Of a DNA stretch of 64,000 nt, positions 15,063 through 28,933 are shown one piece after another. Origin of the DNA: Lingula anatina (Eukaryota; Animalia; Brachiopoda); the NCBI GenBank assembly GCA_051362555.1, contig CM120640.1:21328001-21392000 (forward strand), written 5' to 3'. Below the pieces are notes generated by a model, which saw only the letters and a list, made by a program, of their open reading frames with translations, was not told where the DNA came from and searched no databases. Made by a program: the position numbers and the translations under genes. The first letter of the stretch is position 1; each line of letters starts with the position of its first letter.

Positions 15063-18000
15063 CTTTCAAGATCAGAATCATACCCAATTACATTTTTTTG
15101 TGCTATAATGAGTATATTCATATCATATTGGACCTTTAGTTGGTAAATCAAATCAAATCAAATTTATTGCAGTTACATTTTGTGTGACTGTTGTAGGGTA
15201 CATTTATTGAGAGCTTCTTTTCCAACAATGTGCAAATTAAGGAATAGTTCACAAGATTAAAAATCTTTAAATTAAACTGGAACTCAATATTGAATATTGA
15301 GTCCTAGAATTAAATTTATACAAACACTGGTTGTTAAATGCCTTGTTATAAATTATAAAATGTCACATTCATAATTCTCCTTTTATTGTTCTAATATGCT
15401 TGTTTGTTCCTTTTCTTTAGTGTAAGCAAGACTTCCCTCATCACAGATGTAACATCAGGTACTTCTGGTAGTAAAAAGAGCAGGAATTCTACTCCATGGG
15501 AAGGTAGGAAAAAGAGTTTCTCACTCTCTTTTGGCTTAAAACACTCTAAAATATATTCCAGAGTTTTACATGTGTCTTGTGTGAGCTATTTCTTTTCATT
15601 CCATTCACTGGAATATGACACATTTAGTACATTTAGGACTTGTAGGCACATTTCCAGGCATTTGCTTATCCATTATTAGAGACTATTGTTTGCCAACTGA
15701 AATGAAAAATTATGAAACATTTGAATTGTATGTAGACTTCAGCTGGTTGGTTTGCTGTGCTTGATATTAACTTGTGCAGTATTGAGATTTGGGAACACAC
15801 ATTGAAACTGGGATGTCTGATATTTTATATGTTTTGCTGTGTGTGAAAATAAGATTTGATAAATATTTTTAGAACTGTATTATGATAGTAATCAGTTATG
15901 TTTTGTTTGTTTTCCAAACAGATGGAAAAGAACCTGTGTTTGCCACTAAGAAGTCTGACGAAGACACTTCAGATGAAGAGAAACAGTGGTTGGATGCTTT
16001 GGAAAAGGGGGATCTTGATGAATATGGAGAAGTTAAGAAAAACAAAGACCCCACTCTTATGACTGCCAGACAGGTAATTGTAGGGTTATAGATGAATGCA
16101 TTTTAAGTGCAAACAAAATTTTATCTGTACGCATAACTGCACCAGATACTGTCAGCATCCCTGTAGTTAAAGTAATCTCTACTGGGGTAATGCTAGCAAT
16201 TTTTTTCGCTTAGCCAAATCACCACTTTTTGTCAATTTGTTATCCAAATGGTCATAATTTGACTAAAGTCAAATAAAGCCCTTTTTGTTTAGCCAATATA
16301 AGGCAGTTTTAGCATTTGGCTAAATTGGCAAGTGTTAGCGCTACCCCAGCTCTAGAAGAGGAGAAGAGGCCTTGCTCACAAACTTGTTTGAGTCATTATT
16401 TTCACACTTTTTTTTTTTTTTTTCAGTTCAAATCAGAAATATGATTTTCTTGGTGATGTTCTGTCCCCAGATCCCCCAGTCCCCCCAGTCTTGAGGCCAC
16501 TGAGCCATTTCTTGGTCCCCCTTTTTTTTTACAACCCAAAATCATGCCATTGTTATACTTTGAACATGCAGAAGTTATCTGCATGTTAAAAAAAGCATTA
16601 TGTTTAGCTAATTTTGTCTGCTTTGGAACTCTATTAGTGGATATACTCACATTTTTAAAGTCTATTTTTGGTATTTTTATATTGCTTCTAATGTTCATAA
16701 TATAATTATTTTTAGAGAGCTCTTAGAGAAGGTAAACACAATGAGTCCTTGTGGCAGCCACCAACAGGTAAGAATTTTAAAGAAATACATAAGTATGTAT
16801 GTTTGTATTTTTGTATTTATGTATGTAATTTTAGTTCATGGTAACCCTTTGTTACCTCATTTATGCAATGATAATTTTAAACAATTTTGAAATGAATATA
16901 CTGAGTCTATTTTACAAGCCATATTATAAAATAAAAGTTTTCATATGTTACAATAAGTATCAGGTAATATTTCATATAGATACATTATTCATTTGATAAA
17001 TATGGAGATTATATATGTGTAAAACAGAATACAAGACAATCCAGCTGACTGAAGAACAACTACAGAAACGACAACAAAGAGCAAAGAAAAGGAAGCAGCA
17101 AGCACATGAGAAAAAAGAAAAAGCCAAAGTATGTAATCTGTAGATATTTGAAATGAAATATCTCAATATTTTTTCGCCAAGGTGCTTTGTGGTTTGATAA
17201 ATTTTATTTCATGTACTTATTACTATTTAAAGATAAATTTCATGTTGAAAATTGCAGAATGAAGTCAAACAAGACTGCTATTCATTTATAAAGGACAGTT
17301 TTATTCCCATTTTAAGCAAGGCTGTGATTAATGGTGTTGTCTTAACACTAGTTTGAAACAAAATTGGATAGATTAAAATTTTTTGTCTTTTTCATTCATG
17401 TAGAAACAAACTGTAGAGAGGTTGTTGAAGAAGCAAGAAATAAAAGGCAAAGGAAAGGTAAAACCCCTTTTTGGTAGGAGGTGTATTTGATTTAGTTTTT
17501 TATGTGCAAATAGCACTTTACAATCTAGAGTGGCACCAAAATGTTGTAAATTATGTGGTAAATCTGACACAAGGTAAATCTTTTATATCCAAGTTTCATT
17601 AATAGCCATAATCCCCAGAAATCTGTAGAAACAACTTGTTCACACAAAGGTTTTATTTAATTTTTAATATGAAATTTACAAAAAATAATATTTCATCAGT
17701 CTTCTCACTTAAGATATTTTTTAAAGTTTGAAATCTTTACTCAGAACTGCAGCTGTTTAAAAATGGATTTACTTTTGAAAGTGACACATTATCATTATCC
17801 TTCAGACTCGTGGTTCAAGAAAATCTGAGATCCCTAGAATACGATATGTGAATAACCAACAGGTGTGCACTATATCAGTGCCCCAGGGTTTCCAGTTTCC
17901 ATACCAAACTCAGCTACAGAAACAGTGAGTACTGGAGAGAAACCTGTTTCACTCACACTCACAAAAAATAATAAAGATGTGAGCTGTAAGAAACTTTGCT

Positions 18001-18445
18001 AACTAAGGACTACTGGGAATATTCTTAGATATTTATTGTCAAATTTCGGGTAAATCTTAAGTGCAAAATTGCTGCCAGCCAAAGGTTTTCAAAAAGGGAA
18101 CTTTTGTCCAAGTACTCAGCTGCTTAATTGCGGTGTTCACAAAGTGAAAGATAAATATGTAGTTGAAAGATATATTCTTCGTGTTCCATAGTTCATACAC
18201 AAGTTTTTTATTTATTGCCATTTATATACTTTTTTACATGTTCAGTAAGGATATCATCATTGCTAATTCATCTTCTCTGTTGACATTGCAGGCCGCCCCC
18301 ACCAAGGCCCAGTTGTGGAGTGGAAGGGTGCACAAATGCAAAGACTTACACTTGCTCCAAGACAGGAGTTCCTCTCTGCAGTTTACAGTGCTATAAAAAG
18401 AACCTCAGTTCACTTCCTGAGACTAAACAAGTTTTAGTGACGTGA
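14055..18445 (+). CDS. INO80B: INO80 complex subunit B (PAPA-1/ZNHIT4/Ies2), 9 exons, ~310 aa
   Basis: Exons 14055-14106, 14736-14901, 15421-15503, 15922-16073, 16716-16767, 17028-17128, 17404-17457, 17806-17924, 18292-18445; all GT-AG and phase-compatible (933 nt). Motifs HKKHKKHKKKHKK, IKLKIKIG, EEKQWLDALEKG..LMTARQRAL, PAPA-1 region (KQTVERLLKKQ), C-terminal HIT zinc finger CGVEGC..YTCSKTGVPLCSLQCYKKN. Confidence 0.93.
14574..14621. repeat. (AC)n microsatellite; a (GT)n tract also lies at ~15025-15059
   Basis: Dinucleotide runs in INO80B introns 1 and 2. Confidence 0.9.
16182..16349. mobile_element. Short MITE in INO80B intron 4
   Basis: Imperfect TIRs CTGGGGTAATGCTAGCA / TGTTAGCGCTACCCCAG, with a ctcta 5-bp direct repeat on both sides. 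Confidence 0.55.
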
Positions 18446-19363
18446 CAAATAAGCTGTTCAGTAATTTTGTGAAATGGGAGAGTGATTTTTGAAAGGGTTT
18501 GACAATTTTTGCATCCATCATTCCTTGTATCCAGTGTTTGTCAAGCCATATTACTGTTGCTGGCATGTTAGAAAACAAACAAAACAAACAAGTATAATTT
18601 CCATAACTGTATATATATATCTCTTTAAGGGGGGGGGGGGGGGGGTAGGCTTTTTTTTTTCAAAGCACATGGGAGTGAGATGCTGATACTTTTCCTGTGT
18701 TTGTTAGATATTAGCTCAAAAAGAGATTGACAAAACACAGAACAGTAAATGCTTGTAAATAAAATAACCAAACAAAACCTGTTGTTGAACAGTTTCATTT
18801 ACTGTGTGTTTAAAATAAGTAAATAGTTTTATTAGTCTATAGTTAAAGTAAAAAAAAAATTACTGAAATTTACCAGCCAATATTTTGTCTGATGACAGAC
18901 TTAAGGGAGAAGAGGGCCGTGGTTCATATTACAATCACCCATTCAACTAGTTAAGTGACATTTAACATCCACTCCTCAGGGAGGGGGGCATCTGACTGCT
19001 CAAGCACACCTGTTTATTTTCAAACAATCCTGGTTTTTATTTGTAAGGAATTGTATAAGTAAAAAAATTGATTTGTAGAGAATTAAATGGAGAATGCAGT
19101 GTGCACCACTTGGAGTAAACTAGGCATAAAATAGCATATACCGGTAATATTTCAAATATTTATTTTGCCCACGACTTTCTCTTATTTCAGTGACAGTTTT
19201 TTACAAATATGGTTCAAAGAAGGGAGAATGCCATGCAAAATTAACATTTTTTCCTGGTTTCAAAATTGAAAAGAAAGCATCAGTCATTAGAGAATAGATT
19301 CTGGTTTGTGGTTCTGTGGAAATATCTCAAATTTGAATATGACACCCAAGATCCATTTGTTGA

Positions 19364-22226
19364 TTAGCAACTACCTGGATAAGGAAAGGAATAAGATGCA
19401 TTTTGATAAGATCATTTCAAAATCTTATAAAGACTTAAGTAAACACCAAGATTAAAAAAAAAAACAGAATCAAAACATCATTACAAATTAGCAAAAACTT
19501 AAATAGATAGCAGAAATAGTCAATCATCCTAAATTAATAGGTCGGGTTCATAAGTGTCAGAAAATGTCCACCTTGAATCCTAAAATATGAAACATCTTAC
19601 CATAATTAATAGTGTAACTGTCTCTAACTTTGAACACCAAATCCTTCACATCACATTCGGCGGCGACCACTCTGTTATAGAAATTACTGGTACTGCCCTT
19701 GTGGTACTGCATCAGGTCTATTTCTCCGCTGCTGGGGTAATATGGCGCACTTGATTTTATTTTCCCAAAGATGCTTGAGGTACCTACATTTGAAATGAGA
19801 TCCCTGTCAAGCTATTTTAAAAGGCTACATAATATTACAGTTGAAAGATGACGTGAAAGATGGACTTTGTTAATATAATTTGTGATGTCCCACTCTCTTT
19901 ACTATGTGACTAAGGCATTTATCAAATTGCTTTGTAATTTAAAAACACACAGACTGAATTATTTCGTCTTTGCACACATCATTACCAAGTTTCTTAAAAA
20001 CATATTATATTTTATGCGAGAATAGGACAATGAAAGATAGCATGTTTTTCTTTGAAGCAGCCATTTTTCCATGTTCGGAAAATTATATGAAAATGTAACA
20101 TTATTTATTTATTCATTCTTATATATACACAACCTTATGAATAAAAACCATTGTAGCTTTTCGTACAGAGAGTGAACAAGATTTGCCACTAATTAGTATT
20201 ATAAGACTAATATCCTCCTTTACGCAAGGGCAGCAAAGAGTTTAAGTATCAAAAAGCGATCAAAATTAATTTTAAAAAAGAGCTAACTATTCCCTCCCGT
20301 TACTAAGGGAAAATGGTACCTTTGTGTCCCCAACTATATCTCAATCCGTGCGCTGCTTTCAAGAAAGAATGGCCGATCTCATGAGCGCAGGTCTTTATGA
20401 AGAGAGAAGCAGCGTCACTTCTGTAGGCCAAATATTTCACCGTCATTTTCAAGATGTCCGAGTTGTGAGAGCGCGTATTGCTAAACCACCATCCTTTTCT
20501 CTTGTAGTACTTTATCTGCAATCATACAATGCTTTAATTACAGTCTCATTACTATTCTTTATCAACTGATGTATACCCGTGCTGAAAAGAGCCACTCAAA
20601 ATACCAAGCGAATCAGGAAGTCACAAAAAAGCAGTTTCATAAATATCAACACTAACCTCACAAAACAAGCCTATATGTCAAATTGTATATATATTTATAT
20701 ATAGGTCTATAGTAAAAAAAATCAAACCTTAATTTTCTTCCTGTCTCCTCTGCTTTTTACCACCGTGTTGACATTCACAGTCCAGGTGCTACCGGCATAG
20801 GAGATGTATCTGGACCAGTATCTTTTAATTCCATTTTGACAGTAGCCGCACAGCGTGTTGAACCAGGAGCTAGATGGGCGTTTGAAGAGACCTCTGTCGC
20901 AGTCAATGCTGACGCTGACATCAAAGCGCTTGCAAGCTGGGCGTTTCACAACTTTTACCCATTTTAGCTTACCTATATATGAAAATCATGCTTATTTTGT
21001 GTCTTCTACATATATATTTCATGGCCTTCAGGCATTGACATAATATATCTCTTATTATGTCCATGCTTCAGGTAAAGGACAGAGATTAATTAGTTGATTA
21101 TTCACCCTACTCCATCATGTCAACACTCTGGAACTAGGACCCAAAATATATCTTCTATATTCTATCCTAGTCTGGAATCACCAGTGAGAGATAGTAGGCC
21201 TACTATACCCATAACATAACCTTTTTTTTCTTATTCAACAATAACACCATTGCAATTTTACTTTTTTAAACTAAAAGACACGAACATTTATGGTTTATCG
21301 TCCCATTAATAGGCCATACACCATGAATCATTTGTTCATTTCATCACCACAGCATAAAATAATTTTGGACATTCTGACATTTCGTTCATATGTTTGCGTT
21401 TTTTATCCAAAACACTGTATGGTAAATCTTTATCATATTTGACCTGACTTTATTTGTTGTTGCAAGGCATATTACCTTCCTAAATGCTTTCTGCCCAATT
21501 GCAAATGTAAAATGAGAAATTTTGTCATTAAGGGTGTATTCCCAGAGATTTAGATCGATCCAGAGATTAAGATTTAGATCGACCTAACTCCCTGGGGGTT
21601 CACGCTAAATTGCAGTCAGCCGAGCGCGCACCAAACACCCCATTTCCATAGATTTTTAGATCGATCTATCCCTGTGGGGAGTCTCACTAGATTACTGTAA
21701 GCTTGGCCGGCTTAAGCGTCTGTCCCGCCTACTAAAAGCTGTAAGGGGGTAATTAACTATGGTGCCCGCTCGGCTGACTGCAATTTAGCGTGAACCCCCA
21801 GGGAGTTAGGTCGATCTAAATCTTAATCTTTAGATCGATCTAAATCTCTGGGAAAGCACCCTATAGTTAATTACCCCTTACAGCTTTCAGTAGCCGGGAC
21901 AGACGCTTAAGCCGGCTAAGCTGACAGTAATCTAGTGAGACTCCCCACAGGGATAGATCGATCTAAAATCTATGGAAATGGGGTCTAAGTTTGCTCAGTA
22001 GTGATATTTCTGGCGGGTCGTCTTAATTTTTTTCCCCAAAATAAAATGTAATCCAATAATCTATGGCAAGGGCGAAATTTTGGGTTTTATGAAAAATCAG
22101 CGATTTCTTTTAATGGTCCATATTGAAATCCGTTTAGAACTGATACGGATTTATCTTACCTGCCATAACGCCATTGTTGACCAGTGCTATCCACACTAAA
22201 AACACCAAAGAGCAGAGCTTGAGCAT
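19364..22226 (-). CDS. Secreted HEXXH metallopeptidase-like protein, paralogue 1 (233 aa)
   Basis: Exons 22226-22160 (signal peptide MLKLCSLVFLVWIALVNNGVMA), 20972-20728, 20515-20320 (KTCAHEIGHSFLKAAHGLRYSWGHKG), 19783-19601 (YPSSGEIDLMQY..RVVAAECDVKDL), 19374-19364 (GSC*); GT-AG, phases 1/0/1/1, no stops. Confidence 0.88.
21532..21984. repeat. Two interleaved inverted-repeat pairs (A-B-A'-B'), MITE-derived, in intron 1 of paralogue 1
   Basis: A 21532-21633 pairs with 21760-21861; B 21637-21760 pairs with 21863-21984; absent from the equivalent intron of paralogue 2. Confidence 0.85.
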
Positions 22227-23983
22227 TGTTGTCTCACTCGAGTTGATCTGCACACGGTGTGTAATCGTGGCAGAACTGCATCTCCCTTTTAAGTAAGTTT
22301 TTCAGCCCACAAGACTGCATACATGTCGTAAAACGAGATAGTGTAATTTCTTTTCATTCTTTTGTTAGCATAACAGTAACTTCGTCGCGCTAGACACACA
22401 CACCCGGATAGCTTTGTGAAAAGGGCTCTCGACAGAGTGGTCCAGGAGATTAATAAGCGTGCGTACTGAAGTAAAATTTTATTTAAGCCCATGCCATTAC
22501 TGAAACACAGGTAGATAGATAGACAGATAGATAGATAGACCTTTTTATTTCCATAATATACAAAATATAAAAAAATATATTTATTAAAAAAAAAAAAAAA
22601 GCATCTGTTACGCGGCCTTGTTTTACGAAACTGTTTCTTGATATAACCTTATACACTTAGAGATGTATTGCATATTTGGACTATTTAAATGTTTTTAAAA
22701 ACAAGTGCAAGGTTTCCAGAGTCAATCTGTAGAAAGTCATTTCTAATTTCAGTTGTTTTTTGCACAGAAACAAATCACGTGCTCTCCAGTCTGTATGTCC
22801 TCACGTGTACACAAACGGTCCTTCCCGCGAATCTTTGCCCAATTTCCTTTCTCTATTTCCAACATTATGTGCGGACAGTCTTTGCCTTGTTGTTGCCAGT
22901 CAATCATGTTCTGGCACCGTGACATTGTGAAGTTCGTGGATAATTAGTTCCGGGCTTATGCAATTGTACAATTGTAAAAATTTACTACCCTCTGCCGTAA
23001 TTTACGTTTTTTGGATGTCAGTATTACAGATATAATATTTGAAAAAATAACCTATAAGGTAGATTAAGCGGTAAAAAGGTCTTCATTTAAAAAAAAAATA
23101 CCCCCCTCCCCGCCTTTGAAATTGCTGGTTTAAGCCCCGTGGAATTAATGGAACACTTGCGTTTGCGTTTATCTCTCGGTTATTCCATATTTGTCCAAAG
23201 AAGTCTCCTCTCACTATTCCCCCGCCCCGCCCCCCCCCTCTCTCTCTCTCTCCGTTTATTCATGAAATGTAAATACATTTTCAAAGCAAAACACGGGGCA
23301 TAGTTGAAACAAGACGACGCGAAATATAAGACGGGTTTGGGATCTTCTTTCATCAAAGCCACATCTTGTACATGTGTTATTTGATTCCTATGTTTATGAT
23401 TTCCAACAATAATCTGAGATATTCCAATCGTTCTTTTATTGAAATTTGTGTAGGAGTGCTGGCAAACATACAAAATATCGTATGGCTTTAATGATCTTCC
23501 ATATTTTGCAAAAAATAAATGAACAAAAAAAAAAAAAAAAAAAAATAGAAGACAAAAATTTAAATGAATGAATACATCGGTTAAATAAACAGATGGATAT
23601 TAAATAATATTATAAATAGATTATTATAAATAGATTATAATATAAAAAGAGGAATAAATAAAATAGAACATAGTAGAATAATTTTATAAATTTTTTATTA
23701 ATTTTGAGATTTTTCATGTTTCTTGTGACAGGTTGAATGTTTATAGACAAAGTACATGTATATGACAGGTCTTATTGATTTCTACCTAGAATAGTACCTA
23801 AATGACGTAACTTTCAAAGTATATTTTCAGTTGTTGCAGGTCATTTGAAAAAGCTTTTTTCAAGGTTGGTTAGTCTTTGTACAAACTCAAAAGAAAAACA
23901 AAACGAGTTACAGTTATAGTTTTGCATTTCGTTAGGATACGACTCTTCGGGTTTTCTCAAAAAGTAAAGGGAAAGCCTAGCAA

Positions 23984-24620
23984 TCAGCATTTACCTGCAA
24001 AATAAAAAAGACACTTCACTAAAAGGTTTCTCAAAGCGATTGACTGAATGAACCTTAATTTGTTTGTTTGTTTGTTTTTGCTCTATCATCTTCCAATAAA
24101 GATAATTCATCAGTAATTTGCAAGAGGGATTAAGTACTGTGAATGCTTGGTTCATTATTCGTGTCATATATAGGCCTACCGGTACCTATTTGGAAAGTGC
24201 TATCATTCACCTAAAATATCAAAAATCTTACCAGAATTGGTGGTGAAAGTGTCTCCAACTTTGAACACCAAGTCCTTCACGTCACTTTTGGCGGCGATCG
24301 ATCTGGAGTAGTAATTACTGGCCTTCCCCCTGTAGTACTTCATCAGGTCAATTTCACCTCTGCTGGGATAAGATGGCGCATTTGACTTTATTTTTCCAAA
24401 GATGCTTGAGGTACCTACAGATTAAATCGCACCTTTAAAATGCTACACATCATTACAGTTGATTATAATAACATAAGGCATTGCGTGAAACATGGTCTTA
24501 GTAGGGATTAAGTCGTTGATATCCGTCTCCACATGCTGTGCGACTCAGGAATTTATTAAGTTGCTTTATTTAAAAAAAAAGTTTAAACCTACCAATTTCA
24601 CTAAATATTTACAGGCTGAA

Positions 24621-24661
<41 letters not shown>

Positions 24662-26923
24662 AATCATAATTCGTGTTGAAGGAGTCTTTTGCGTCAATAT
24701 GTTTGCTCCCTATGCCTTTGAGAGATTGATACCTTTGTGTCCCCAACTATAGGTCAGTCCACGCGCAGCTTTTAGGAAGGAATGGCCGATCTCGTGAGCG
24801 CAGGTACGTTTGAAGCGAAGTGCAGCGTTACTTTTGTAGGCCAGATATTTCACCGTCATTTTCAAGATGTCTGAGTTGTGGGAACGTGTACTGCTGAAGA
24901 ACCATCCTTCTCTCTTGTAGTACCTTAGCTGCAAAAACGATATGCTTCAATTACAGTCCTATTACCAATTTTCTTTTATTCATAACAAGGCACATTTTTC
25001 CCAATCTTACTAAATCTCTATAAAACAAATTAAAACCTGGTAAAGCAAAAAAAAAAAAAAAAAAAAAATTGCCGAGTGACGCGAATTTACAAACGCACAC
25101 ACACGCGTGCGCGCGCAACACTATCAAATTCTATATCAAAGCAAGAAGTTATAAAGAGATGATCAATTAAAGAGATGATCAAAGGAAAAACAAAGCGGAT
25201 TTTCAAACCTTGATTTTTTTCCTGTCTCCTTTGCTTTTCAGCACTGTGTAGACATTCACTTTCCAGGTGCTACCACCATAGGAAATCTTTCTGGACCAGT
25301 ATTTCTGAATACCCTCTCTACAGTAGCCGCACAGCTTTTTGAACCAGTAGTTAGACGGACGTTTGATGAGCCCTCTATCGCAGTCAATGCTGACGCTGAC
25401 ATCAAAGCGATTGCAAGCTGGGCGTTTCACAACTTTTACCCAATCCAGCTTACCTATATATGAAAATCATGTTTATTTTATGTTTTCTACGTGTATATTT
25501 CACCGCCTTCAGCTAAAGGATAGGGGATTAAGCTAGATTTCCCTTATCCTCTTACAGTTTGTATTCTAAATGTGTTTTTGAAATTGAAATTTTATTATAA
25601 CAATATTTAGGCATTTCACATGAAAGAAACGATAAAAAAAGTCATTTTGCCTCTTGCTCTCTTGGTGGTGACCGAACTAAACTTTTAATGTATCAAGAAT
25701 GAAGGTTAAAAATGAAAGCATAAATAAAGCTGTGTATTCAAAATATAACATTTTAAATTTCTTATAAGGATGGACCCAGGATTTTAGAGAAACCTTAAAA
25801 TTCTGAGTCATTTTTCTCTCTGTATTTCCCTTTTGACAATAGTATAGCGAGAGAAAAACGTTTGTTATCATAAGAAAGAAATATTTAGTACATGTACTAA
25901 GAGTAACTAATAAATAAGAATGAAAATTGTTATAATTGCTTTATTAAACAGTAAGTCGTTTTATTTAGATATATATAGTGGACATTCCATATGTTATTTC
26001 ATAAATCAGTATTAACTTATATAACAGCATTTTACCTCTACTGCCAATCATTTCATCACTGCAAAAAAACACCAATTTATCTCTACTAATTAAAGAATAT
26101 AGATGAAAATATTGTTATAGATATGAGTAATGCAACATTTTTTAAATTTCAACTTGTATGTCATGTTATTTATATGCCGTCTAGGATATTTGTTTAATAT
26201 CTGCACATGTAAATGTATTACAAATTGAAAAAAAGCCTGCACTTTCCATGTTAGACCTTACATGTGTAAATGATAAAACAATATGTAACAGTGCTAAGTG
26301 CGTTTCCTTATTCTATCTATCATTGGTATTTTGAAACTTTCTAGGAGCATTTAGTCTGCCATAATTACATACTCGTATGCTGACATATAGCAAACTGAAG
26401 AAAGATAATATAACAGGTGTCCCTTTTCAAGGCAGTTAAAACAGGTCAATTCACATGAATTCAATTGTTCATTTCATCACAACAGCATAAAATAATTTAG
26501 GACATCCTGACATTTCACCCAGAGGTTTGCTGATCTATCCGAAACTCTGTATGATAAATCTTTATGCTATTTGTCTTTGAAAAAGGGAATACTCTGTTTG
26601 TTGCTGCAAGACAAAGGGACTATTATCTGCCCATTTACAGACGAACTTGGGGAAAATGTTTTACAGTCAGCAGAACACAGAAAATTTTGTCTGTGAATAA
26701 TATTCGTCCCCAAATCCCACTGCTCAATAGCAAATATCATCGAATAATTCATTACAAGGATGGAATTTTATTTTCAGAAATATGAGCCGCTGTGTTTGAA
26801 TTGGGTTATATTGAAACCCATTATTAACCCTTAGAACTTATATAGATTGATCTCACCTGCCAAAACGCCATTGCTGACCACTGCTATCCACACGAAAAAC
26901 ACCAAAGAGCAGAGCTTGACCAT
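23984..26923 (-). CDS. Secreted HEXXH metallopeptidase-like protein, paralogue 2 (233 aa)
   Basis: Exons 26923-26857 (MVKLCSLVFFVWIAVVSNGVLA), 25453-25209, 24928-24733 (RTCAHEIGHSFLKAARGLTYSWGHKG), 24414-24232, 23994-23984 (GKC*); same exon lengths as paralogue 1. Confidence 0.88.
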
Positions 26924-28499
26924 TGTTGTCTCACTCTAGTTGATCTGCGTATGGTATGTAATAGTGGCAGAGCTACATCTCACTTTTAAGTACTGTTCAG
27001 TAATTAGAATGCACGCGTGCTGTTAGAGCAGAATCCCTAAAAGATTTATTTCATTCTTTTGATAGCATAACAGAGTCTTCGCGGTGGTAGTTGTTGGCAC
27101 ACAGTTACACACTGGGATAGCTATAGTATGCGGAACAAGGCTATGCACAGAGGGGTTCAGGAGGTTTAAAAGAACTGCCTTGTTAGGATGGGAAAAGGAT
27201 CGCTCTGAATCAAAATTTTATTTAAGTTATATGCCGTTACCGAAGCACACGCGGGTTTTGCGGTGAAAATGTCTTCCTTTCCAGAAATACACCCCCTTTG
27301 AAAATGCTGGGTACAGCCCTACGTAATGAATGAAACGTTTAGGGTTGAGTTGATAACTTATTCATTCGGCTGTTTGTAAAAAGATGCAGTCTCCTCTAAA
27401 TTATTCTCTCTCTCTCTGTTTTTTTTTTCATAAACGAATAGCCACAGCAAAACAAGGGGCATAATGATGACGACGCGATATATGAGACTGTTCCAGTATC
27501 TTCTTTCATCAATGTCGCATCTTGTTTTATCCACAGGCGTCAAAGTGTTATCTGATTTTTATGTATACGTGTTCCTAGAATGATTTTATTGAAGGTTTAC
27601 TATGCGCGTTTGAAAATTTCCTAAGGTCATATTTTCTATGTCTAAATATTCTGAGCTATTCAAAGCTACCAATCTTTCCCAATCCAATCAATTATAAAAT
27701 CCGTCAATTTAAAGTACCTGACATCAATAGTTCCTTCTAAAATGCAAAGGAAGACATGGTGTTCTAAAGGACTGACCACTCATTTAGATTAAGGGTTAAA
27801 ACTAATAAACAACGGATCCAAGTGCAGGGACAAATAGAGCAATGATTCGTGTGCAGGAGAAAGTTGCTTTTCCCCCCGAGGAAATTTTTTTTTTTTGCGG
27901 CTTGATTCTGTATAGGGTACATTTAAAATTCAAGTAGAAGTTGTGGATCTGTAATTTATTGACCAATGTAGACGTGAGTTGTTATCCTATAACCATTAGA
28001 ATTAGGTAAACGTGCTGTAATACAGCGGTGTTTCTTAGAAGGAATTTGAAGAGGAAACTATTTATATTGGAAATCATATTCAAGAGAAACCATAAACAGC
28101 GGTGTTTCTAAGAAGAAATCATAGGCAAAACAAATTAACATGCAGGAAAAGCTTTAAAATAGTAATTAATAGCATTACGATTTAAAATATGCAAATTTAG
28201 TCTAGCATAACGATTTAAAATGTGCAAATTTAGTGGCTACTTGGAAATCAAGTTTGAGTGGCCTCTATGAATAAAAAACGCGGAAATTTTTAATAAATTC
28301 AAATTAAGCGTGATTAACCGAGAGGGTCAACAACGGTTACAGTCATCACACTGACAAGCCGCTACAAGTTGTTCGTTTCTTTAAATCTCTGCTACCTTGG
28401 CTCAAGTATTCTATGATTAGCGGGGAGGGGATGTGAGCAGGTTCTCTCACATCTTGTGGCCATTTTTTCTCTTATGTCAACCTTTTGCTCCATTAGGTT

Positions 28500-28933
28500 T
28501 AGGCCTTATAGCCGATGATTGCCGTTTTATAATAGTTTTATAGGCTTAGTTTTGGGAGCACAAGTGCATAAATTAAAGACTCCAGCCACGAATTAACTAC
28601 CCCCAACGTAGAATTACTTGTCACAAACTTAGCGTTTCTAAACCATTCATTTCATAAACAATGTGGCCAGCTTCCATCCGGGCCTCTGACTGTATACATA
28701 GGCCCCCTGTTTTTTTATACGGCAGCGATGCGTTCTCGACAATCTCCGGCTCATATAGGGGACGTACCGAAAGAGTAGATAAGCGGATAAACGGTTTGTG
28801 TAATAAAACGCTGTGCTTGTGGCAAGTAATTTTACTTTTGGGTGATAATACGTGGCTGGAATCGTTAATTTGTGCATTTGTGCTCCCAAATCTGAGGCTC
28901 GCGCTAGAAAACGCCTAACCCGTTTATAAGGCC
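28500..28933. mobile_element. Degenerate MITE / long inverted repeat
   Basis: tttgggagcacaagtgcataaattaa..ccagccacg (~28551-28590) pairs with cgtggctgga..ttaatttgtgcatttgtgctcccaaa (~28851-28890); outer aggccttata / tataaggcct. Confidence 0.55.
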
